Positions 15,160 to 21,676 of a stretch of 21,676 nt of DNA are shown here, piece after piece. Made by a program: the position numbers and the translations under genes. Source of the stretch: Elainellaceae cyanobacterium (GTDB lineage Bacteria; Cyanobacteriota; Cyanobacteriia; CAZCXK01); assembly GCA_051117555.1 (NCBI GenBank), contig JBNPEG010000124.1:1-21676 (forward strand). The letters are read 5' to 3'. The first letter of the stretch is position 1; every line of letters starts with the position of its first letter. The notes under the pieces are model-generated. The model searched no databases and was not told where the DNA came from. It was given only the letters and a program-made list of their open reading frames with translations.

Positions 15160-17829
15160 GTGGTGGAATCTCAGTCTGAACGCCCTCTGATTAGCCCCAA
15201 TACGCTCAATCTGACGGCACTCTTTCCATTCGAACTTGACGATTTTCAGAAGCAGGCGATCGCCGCATTAGATGCGGATCGCTCTGTTGTCGTTTGCGCT
15301 CCAACAGGCTCAGGAAAAACACTAATTGGGGAATATGCGATCTACCGCGCCCTCGCAAGGGGCAAACGCGTATTCTACACAACGCCGCTCAAAGCGTTAT
15401 CCAATCAAAAACTCCGAGATTTCCGTCATCAGTTTGGCGATGATCAGGTCGGGCTGCTCACCGGAGACTTATCGATTAGTCGAGACGCCCCCATTCTGGT
15501 GATGACCACTGAGATCTTCCGCAACATGCTCTATGGCACGCCCATCGGTGAGGTCGGCGCCTCACTGACCCATGTCGAAGCCGTCGTGCTCGATGAGTGT
15601 CACTATATGAACGACCGCCAGAGAGGCACTGTCTGGGAAGAATCGATCATCTATGCGCCCCCTGAGATTCAGCTCGTCGCACTATCGGCCACGATCGCCA
15701 ACAGTGAACAGCTCACCGACTGGATTGACCTTGTGCATGGTCCGACTAGCCTCATTTATTCAGACCATCGTCCGGTTCCGTTACGCTTTTATTTTTCCAA
15801 TCCTAAAGGGTTGTTTCCTCTGCTTGATCGCAACGAACGCGCCATCAACCCGCGGTTACGGTCGAAGGGGCGTCAACGCAAACGGCAGGAAACGCCCAGC
15901 TTACCTTTGGTTGTCAGCCAGCTTCAGCAGCGAGACATGCTTCCGGCGATTTACTTTATCTTTAGCCGACGAGGTTGCGATCAGGCAGTAACTGAATTTA
16001 ATAAATTCTCGCTCGTCAATGATCACGAAGCCGCCGCTCTAAAAAGTCACATCGACCAGTTCTTAGAACGCAATCCCGATGCAGCTCGAAGTGGTCAAGT
16101 TGAACCGCTCTATCGAGGCATTGCAGCTCATCATGCCGGAATTTTGCCCGCTTGGAAGGGACTGGTTGAAGAATTATTTCAGAAGGGGCTGATTAAAGTC
16201 GTATTTGCGACCGAAACACTCGCCGCAGGGATCAATATGCCTGCTCGGACTACCGTGATCTCTAGCCTTTCAAAGCGTACCGATCGGGGGCATCGCCTCC
16301 TCAATGCGTCTGAGTTTTTACAGATGGCCGGACGGGCTGGGCGACGCGGCATGGATGAACAGGGACACGTTGTGACCGTGCAAACTCGGTTTGAAGGCTC
16401 ATCTGAAGCCGCCTATCTAGCAACATCGGGTGCAGATCCGCTGATTAGCCAATTTACGCCCAGCTATGGAATGGTGCTCAATCTCCTCCAAATTCACACG
16501 CTAAAGGAGGCCAAAGAACTCATTGAGCGAAGTTTTGGACAGTATTTAGCTACGCTGCATTTATCCCCTCAAAAACAGGCGATCGCCGACCTAGAAGCCG
16601 AGCTTGAACATCAACATGCTCAACTTGACCCAATCGATCCAGAGGAATTGGATAGCTATGAAAAGCTTTCAGGGCGGCTCAAAGAAGAGCGTCGATTACT
16701 CAAAATCTTACAAAAGCAAGCACAAGAAACGTGCACCCGTGAATTGACGATGGCACTTACGTTTGCGATCGCGGGTACTGTTCTTAGTATCAAGGGCAAA
16801 CACGTGCCGGTGTCGTCTCCCTTGCCCGCAGTGTTAGCGATCAAAGCAGCGGGATCGGGGCAATCTCCCTATCTAGTCGCTTTAGGGCAAGACAATCGGT
16901 GGTACGTAATCACGATCGCCGATGTGGTTAGCCTGCACAGTGAACTTCCTCGACTTGAAGGGGTCGATGCCCTAGTTCCTCCTCCTGATTTGCCAATAAA
17001 GCCGGGTCAAATCCGAGGCGGCAATGAAGAAACGCTGGCGATCGCTCAACAGATTCCTGAGATTGATACCCAGGCTGCAATTGCGCCCGAAGTCCAGACC
17101 CAATTTCATCAAGTTGAGGCGATCGCCGCTGAGATCAATGCCCATCCGCTCCGTCAGCATGGCAACCCCAAAAATATCCTGAAACGGCGCAACCGCATTG
17201 AACGACTGCAAGATGAAATCCTAGATCGCCGCGAAAAATTGAGCGATCGCACCCAACGATACTGGCATGAGTTTTTGAACCTCATGAGAATCCTGCAAGA
17301 CTTCAAATATCTAGACGGGGTGACCCCCACTGAGTTTGGGCAAATTGCGGCTGCCATTCGCGGCGACAACGAGCTTTGGTTAGGATTAGCGTTGGCATCG
17401 GGAGAACTGGATGATCTCGATCCCCACCAGCTTGCAGCTGCATGTTCTGCGCTGGTGACCGAAGTGTCCCGCCCAGACAATTGGACAGACTACGACCATT
17501 CCAGTGAAGTCGAACAGGCCCTAGCAGGACTTCGAGGCACCCGACGCCGATTATTTCAACTTCAGCGCCGCTACCACATTATCTTTCCGGTGTGGTTGGA
17601 ATATGATTGGCTAGGGCTAATCGAGCAGTGGGCACTGGGCACAGAATGGACTGAGCTCTGTAACAACACCAGCCTTGATGAGGGAGATATCGTTCGCGTT
17701 CTCCGCCGTACCCTCGATTTTCTTTCTCAAATTCCTCATGTTCCTCACTTACCAGAAAGTTTGCGGCGAAACGCATATCGCGCCATGCAGTTAATTGATC
17801 GCTTCCCGGTTAATGAAACGATCGCCTAA
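15160..17829 (+). CDS. helY: Ski2-like DEAD/DEAH-box RNA helicase (HelY type, DSHCT domain)
   Basis: Motifs APTGSGKT, PLKALSNQK, DECH, SAT, FSRRGCD, ATETLA.GINMPA, QMAGRAGRRG and C-terminal EGDIVR..RRTLD.LSQ. The start is uncertain (TTG 15145, GTG 15160 or GTG 15163). Confidence 0.93.
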   Translation: MVESQSERPLISPNTLNLTALFPFELDDFQKQAIAALDADRSVVVCAPTGSGKTLIGEYAIYRALARGKRVFYTTPLKALSNQKLRDFRHQFGDDQVGLLTGDLSISRDAPILVMTTEIFRNMLYGTPIGEVGASLTHVEAVVLDECHYMNDRQRGTVWEESIIYAPPEIQLVALSATIANSEQLTDWIDLVHGPTSLIYSDHRPVPLRFYFSNPKGLFPLLDRNERAINPRLRSKGRQRKRQETPSLPLVVSQLQQRDMLPAIYFIFSRRGCDQAVTEFNKFSLVNDHEAAALKSHIDQFLERNPDAARSGQVEPLYRGIAAHHAGILPAWKGLVEELFQKGLIKVVFATETLAAGINMPARTTVISSLSKRTDRGHRLLNASEFLQMAGRAGRRGMDEQGHVVTVQTRFEGSSEAAYLATSGADPLISQFTPSYGMVLNLLQIHTLKEAKELIERSFGQYLATLHLSPQKQAIADLEAELEHQHAQLDPIDPEELDSYEKLSGRLKEERRLLKILQKQAQETCTRELTMALTFAIAGTVLSIKGKHVPVSSPLPAVLAIKAAGSGQSPYLVALGQDNRWYVITIADVVSLHSELPRLEGVDALVPPPDLPIKPGQIRGGNEETLAIAQQIPEIDTQAAIAPEVQTQFHQVEAIAAEINAHPLRQHGNPKNILKRRNRIERLQDEILDRREKLSDRTQRYWHEFLNLMRILQDFKYLDGVTPTEFGQIAAAIRGDNELWLGLALASGELDDLDPHQLAAACSALVTEVSRPDNWTDYDHSSEVEQALAGLRGTRRRLFQLQRRYHIIFPVWLEYDWLGLIEQWALGTEWTELCNNTSLDEGDIVRVLRRTLDFLSQIPHVPHLPESLRRNAYRAMQLIDRFPVNETIA

Positions 17830-17838
17830 ATCACATCC

Positions 17839-17961
17839 TAGTGGCGTGGCACAGCCAAAATAGTGCATCAGGTAGGGTGCCGTTAGCGCAGCGTAACGCA
17901 CCGATTTCAAGAGTTTCAGCCTTTTAATGATTTGCACTATTTTAGGCATGTCAAACCACTA
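17839..17961. mobile_element. 123-bp MITE-like element with 29-bp imperfect terminal inverted repeats
   Basis: Left arm TAGTGGCGTGGCACAGCCAAAATAGTGCA versus reverse-complemented right arm TAGTGGTTTGACATGCCTAAAATAGTGCA: 22/29 identical. TA at both ends; non-coding. Confidence 0.6.
17872..17902 (+). repeat. GTAG-type REP sequence
   Basis: GTAG tetranucleotide followed by the palindrome GGTGC(C)GTTA-GCGCAGCG-TAACGCACC, the architecture of RAYT-associated REPs. Confidence 0.7.
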
Positions 17962-18398
17962 CGGTGAACTATCGGAGCGTGGCTCAGCGAGGCATTACTA
18001 ATCCAAGGAATAATTTTGGAATAGCCCTCTCCCTCAAAGGCCTTGGAGATTGATGGAAATCAGACGCGCATCGCTATATTGATGACATTATCAAGATGCA
18101 TTGAAGTTTTTCAGAGGGCTTCTCATGTGCCTTTCAGAAAAAGATAGGACGGTATAGGATAAGACTCGGAATTCAGGTATCATAGCCCACTCTCTGGCAG
18201 CTTGGTTTGACCTGGGGAAAAGGGTTTAATGTGTCATTTTGGCTCATGAGAGCTGATATTGATAGCTCATTAGGAGGCTAGGCCAGTTTAACGTGCTGTG
18301 CCTTTCAATATTTCAATCTGATTGAATGTGTCGCATAAAACCCTGAGATAGTTCAGTGCGATCTATGATTGCATTCTTGATGTGAGGAGTCCGTTTCA

Positions 18399-21300
18399 TT
18401 GTCTCAGCGACGTTCTAATCCATCGCGCTCTTGTTCGATACAGGTGGCGCACCCGTTTGATCTTGCAGTAAAGCTCTGTGGAATTTTGGTTGGCACCTTG
18501 GTCGGGATGCTGTCGTATGCTCCTGACACTATGGTACACGCTCAAACCGTGAGTACCGAAGACGACGAACTGCTGAACGCTCAGGCTCAGCGTACCTATC
18601 CAACCCTGTTGGGTCTTGCCAAGGACAGAGAAAATATTTCGCATTGGCAGACGATTACTCAACACCTGCAAACCGCAGATATTCAACATCGCATCATTGA
18701 CTGGCAAGCGGTTCGTGGAGCGTCAGATTTAGCAGATCTGACTGTCCTATTTCTGCCGAATATCGACACAATTTCGCCTCGTCAGATGAATGCTCTCGAA
18801 ACATGGGTCGACGAGGGGGGGCAGCTTATCGTGAGCGGTGCGGTAGGACAAAATTCATCCTCTCGTATCCGGCAGCGCTTGCGATCGCTCGTGGGGGCTT
18901 TCTGGGCAGCGCCGCTTCCTCATCCCACATCACTGCAATCCATCTCTCGTCGCGAACAAAGATGGATCGCCCCAGCAGAGCACTCAACCCCTATTCAAGG
19001 AGGTGTAATTATCCCAACTGGGTTGTCGAGTCATACGGTTGCAACCTGGCAAACCATTTCATCTGACGATCTAGCCGATCTAATTGATATGGATGTTGAT
19101 ATGGATGCAGCCGATCTAAATGAGATGGGTACTCATGGTAGTGCTGCTGTAATCGTCACGGAGCAAACGACATTTTTCGGTTGGCAATGGGGCAATAAAC
19201 CAGAGTCTATTAATTTAGATACCGCATGGTTAACGGCGGCGATCGCCCGTTCTGACGCGGCACCAACCTCGTCTGTGTCACCCAACCCTATCCCCGAATC
19301 TTCACGAGCCGAATGGTCATCCTCCATTTCTCAGGCATCGTTTCCAGAGTCTCAATCGCCCGACCCCCGATCGACTGCGTCTCACCCCGCGGCGATTCCT
19401 CCTGCCGAGACATTGCTCTCAGAGCAACTGCCTCGATTAACTCGACTCACTCCTCAGGACATCAATTCAGCCAGCCACTCTCAGCAGAGGCGCCCCTCTC
19501 CTCAGCGAGCCCGCCCCCCCGTTAATCGTCCTTCAAAATCCAGCATACCGGCAGCTCCCTCGCTTCCATCACCTGCTCCACCGCCACCATCTCAAAGTGG
19601 GTTGAGTGACCCAGCAGAACAGGTCGCCCCTGCTGGGGTAGAGATTGGTCGAGGTGATGCGCCCATTACCATGTTGGAGGCGATCGCCATGCGTGAAGAA
19701 TTGGCAAACATCATTGGTCGCTTTGAGAGTGCCTTGCTGTCAGCCAATTCTGTAAATAGCACAGTCAGCTTACAGGTTTCAGATACTGTTGAACCTGTTT
19801 TGATTGCAAGTGCTCAAGACATAGTCCAGCTTGAACGAGCGTCCAATTCCCAAGAGGCACGTCGCTCAACGGAATCAGCAACTCAGGAAGTCGTCGAATA
19901 CGCGCATCAGGTGCTCGACACCCTCCCAGATTTGATTGCTCAGCGAGAATTTGCTAGGGCACGAGAAGCTTGGATAAGCGCTCGTGAACAACTTTGGAAC
20001 AACTTTCCGACCGATCGCTATCTGGCTCAACCAGAAATCCGCGCCATGTGGCTCGATCGCGGCACGATTGTACGTGCAGGCTCGCGAGACGGATTGATTC
20101 CAATCTTTGATCGATTGGCGGACGCTGGCATTAACACGGTTTTCTTTGAGACAGTCAATGCAGGATACCCGATTTATCCCAGTCAGGTTGCGCCTCAGCA
20201 AAATCCGTTGACTCGCCATTGGGACCCCCTTGAGGTGGCAGTCGAATTAGCCCACGAACGCGGCATCGAGCTTCACGCATGGGTTTGGGTATTTGCAGTC
20301 GGCAATCAGCGTCACAACCCAATCGTTAATTTGCCGGTCGATTATATCGGCCCTATCATCTCAGCTCATCCCGACTGGGCAAACTTTGACCATCGCGGTC
20401 ACATGATTCCACCGGGGCAAACTAAGCCATTTCTGGATCCAGCGAATCCAGAGGTTCGGAGCTATCTGTCACGCCTATTTAACGAAATCGTGACCCAATA
20501 CGATGTCGATGGGTTGCAACTTGATTACATCCGCTACCCCTTCCAAGATGCGGGTGCTGGTAGAACCTATGGGTATGGCATCGCTGCCCGTCAGCAGTTT
20601 CAGGCAATGACAGGGGTTGATCCGGTGACTATTTCTCCGCGCGATCGCCAGCTTTGGCATCGGTGGACAACCTTTCGCACCAATCAGATCAATTCCTTTG
20701 TAGCCGAAACCTCCACCCAACTCCGTCAGCGTCGACCTGATTTAATTCTCTCTGCGGCTGTTTTTGCATTCTCAGAACACGAGAGAGTCCAAAAAATTCA
20801 GCAAAATTGGGAAGTTTGGGCACGCCGAGGCGATGTCGATTTGATCGTACCCATGAGTTATGCACTCGATGCCAATCGACTTCAGCGACTCACGCGCCCT
20901 TGGTTTGATGAAGATGCAGATTTAGGCTCTGTGCTGGTTTTGCCATCCATTCGATTACTAAATTTACCTGAATCAGCCACGCTTGACCAAATTCAGGCAT
21001 TGCGTGATATGCCTGCGGGAGGCTACTCGCTGTTTGCAGTTGAGAATTTAGATGAGAGCCTACATGCCATTTTTAGTCGCACTCAGGCCACCGATACAGA
21101 CGCCCATCCAGATCCCATTCCCTATCGGCAACCGTTCCATACAGCAGCAGCCCGATTTACTGCCCTAGCCCGAGAATGGAGCTTTGCTCTATCCAATCAT
21201 CAGCTTTGGATTCGTGAGCCCCAACTCGAAGAATGGCGAACTCAGACGCAAGAGCTCGTTGAGGCGTTCAATGAACTGGCTGAACATCCTTCAAGAAGAC

Positions 21301-21467
21301 AACTCCGAGAAACTCAGCGATTACTTATATCATTCCGATCGCAATTTGCAGACTGGATGTATCTGCAATCGTTAACCAATGAGTACCGTGTCCAAACGTG
21401 GAATAATCGCCTCGATGTTTTAGATGATTTATTGAGATATGGCAATCAGCACGCCCTCAATCGCTAA
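18399..21467 (+). CDS. Glycosyl hydrolase-like 10 (GHL10/DUF187, YddW-like) protein with large N-terminal extension
   Basis: Motifs EIRAMWLDR, GINTVFFET..AGYPIYPS, AHERGIELHAW, LDPANPEVR and YDVDGLQLDYIRYP. It has an N-terminal signal-like segment, a glutamine-amidotransferase-like alpha/beta segment (VLFLPN...L..WV..GG.LI..G) and a Pro/Ser linker. GAGGAG precedes the TTG. Confidence 0.9.
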   Translation: MSQRRSNPSRSCSIQVAHPFDLAVKLCGILVGTLVGMLSYAPDTMVHAQTVSTEDDELLNAQAQRTYPTLLGLAKDRENISHWQTITQHLQTADIQHRIIDWQAVRGASDLADLTVLFLPNIDTISPRQMNALETWVDEGGQLIVSGAVGQNSSSRIRQRLRSLVGAFWAAPLPHPTSLQSISRREQRWIAPAEHSTPIQGGVIIPTGLSSHTVATWQTISSDDLADLIDMDVDMDAADLNEMGTHGSAAVIVTEQTTFFGWQWGNKPESINLDTAWLTAAIARSDAAPTSSVSPNPIPESSRAEWSSSISQASFPESQSPDPRSTASHPAAIPPAETLLSEQLPRLTRLTPQDINSASHSQQRRPSPQRARPPVNRPSKSSIPAAPSLPSPAPPPPSQSGLSDPAEQVAPAGVEIGRGDAPITMLEAIAMREELANIIGRFESALLSANSVNSTVSLQVSDTVEPVLIASAQDIVQLERASNSQEARRSTESATQEVVEYAHQVLDTLPDLIAQREFARAREAWISAREQLWNNFPTDRYLAQPEIRAMWLDRGTIVRAGSRDGLIPIFDRLADAGINTVFFETVNAGYPIYPSQVAPQQNPLTRHWDPLEVAVELAHERGIELHAWVWVFAVGNQRHNPIVNLPVDYIGPIISAHPDWANFDHRGHMIPPGQTKPFLDPANPEVRSYLSRLFNEIVTQYDVDGLQLDYIRYPFQDAGAGRTYGYGIAARQQFQAMTGVDPVTISPRDRQLWHRWTTFRTNQINSFVAETSTQLRQRRPDLILSAAVFAFSEHERVQKIQQNWEVWARRGDVDLIVPMSYALDANRLQRLTRPWFDEDADLGSVLVLPSIRLLNLPESATLDQIQALRDMPAGGYSLFAVENLDESLHAIFSRTQATDTDAHPDPIPYRQPFHTAAARFTALAREWSFALSNHQLWIREPQLEEWRTQTQELVEAFNELAEHPSRRQLRETQRLLISFRSQFADWMYLQSLTNEYRVQTWNNRLDVLDDLLRYGNQHALNR

Positions 21468-21554
21468 ATTATACCGCTGCAAAGTAAAAGATTATACATA
21501 TTCAATTAAATGTCTGCCGTGATTTAACGGTTTAATACGTGTTGGTGTGTAGAA

Positions 21555-21676
21555 CCCACATTCCGCAGGTTTCAAACCAGAAGGTAGTATTTCTGGCAAG
21601 CGGCCCCCAGGAAGCGGAGAATGTGCTGGCGTTCCTCGGTTAAATTGACTACTTGAGTCAGGTTGCCAATCCACAC
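21555..21676 (-). mobile_element. IS1634-family insertion sequence, right end (truncated by window edge)
   Basis: A transposase-like C-terminus is followed on the minus strand by AACCTGCGGAATGTGGG. This matches the CCCACATTCCGC terminal repeat I associate with cyanobacterial IS1634 elements. Confidence 0.8.
21572..21676 (-). CDS. IS1634-family transposase, C-terminal fragment (partial)
   Basis: Manual translation gives VWIGNLTQVVNLTEERQHILRFLGAACQKYYLLV*, matching the NL...R..IL...G..C.KYY tail of IS1634 transposases. This is a different frame from the 60-aa ORF in the track. Confidence 0.8.
   Translation of the reverse strand: MWIGNLTQVVNLTEERQHILRFLGAACQKYYLLV

Larger units (their letters stand above)
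570..20648. repeat. HIP1 octamer GCGATCGC, dispersed (about 37 copies)
   Basis: Manual scan found copies at e.g. 570, 952, 1122, 1568, 1761, 3722, 5369, 5489, 6760, 7484, 7817, 8213, 10101, 12203, 15256, 17243, 18881 and 20641. Chance expectation is below 1 in this length. HIP1 is an established cyanobacterial signature. Confidence 0.95.

Noticed and set aside
17962..18398. ncRNA or small ORF in the helY-GHL10 spacer (AGGAGG at 18272-18277)
   Set aside because: There is no start codon at usable spacing and no recognisable RNA family or strong structure.
757..21375. Short ORFs overlapping the called genes (e.g. 757-1035, 1207-1518, 3665-3946, 5798-6280, 12082-12420, 15653-15991, 17154-17480, 18396-18707, 19875-20219)
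   Set aside because: These are antisense or alternative-frame shadows of better-supported CDSs, with no motifs of their own.
21492..21674. 60-aa minus-strand ORF in the track
   Set aside because: It is an alternative frame over the IS1634 transposase tail and runs through the terminal repeat. The 20 codons outside the IS are too few to call an interrupted gene.
1..21676. Composite transposon bounded by two IS
   Set aside because: The two IS belong to different families, and the cargo is HIP1-rich core genes (pdhB, dciA, helY).

Overview
Cyanobacterial chromosomal segment: about 37 HIP1 GCGATCGC octamers by manual count, and cyanobacterial-type proteins. It is probably a whole contig, because it begins inside an IS1-family transposase 5' end and ends inside an IS1634-family transposase 3' end. 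Neither transposase frame is in the ORF track. Between them lie mostly core and envelope genes: a secreted hypothetical, a helical-repeat membrane protein, two small proteins, a rhomboid protease, MtnA-like, PspA/IM30, SPOR, DciA/DUF721, pdhB, an Amidase_2 protein, an orphan membrane protein, a HelY/Ski2-like helicase and a GHL10 protein. The most notable observations are: (1) an intact MtnA homologue whose catalytic Cys and two phosphate-binding residues are substituted, making it a candidate pseudoenzyme or repurposed enzyme; (2) soxG-like and soxB-like subunits of a heterotetrameric sarcosine oxidase/N-methylglutamate dehydrogenase, split by an antisense rhomboid gene, with no soxA or soxD in the window and with host-level HIP1 density; (3) a lone PspA-type protein with a Vipp1-like C-terminal helix; (4) a MITE-like element wrapping a GTAG-type REP, with related end fragments 13 kb away. 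I found no CRISPR array, tRNA or rRNA, and I cannot demonstrate a complete novel system from sequence alone.
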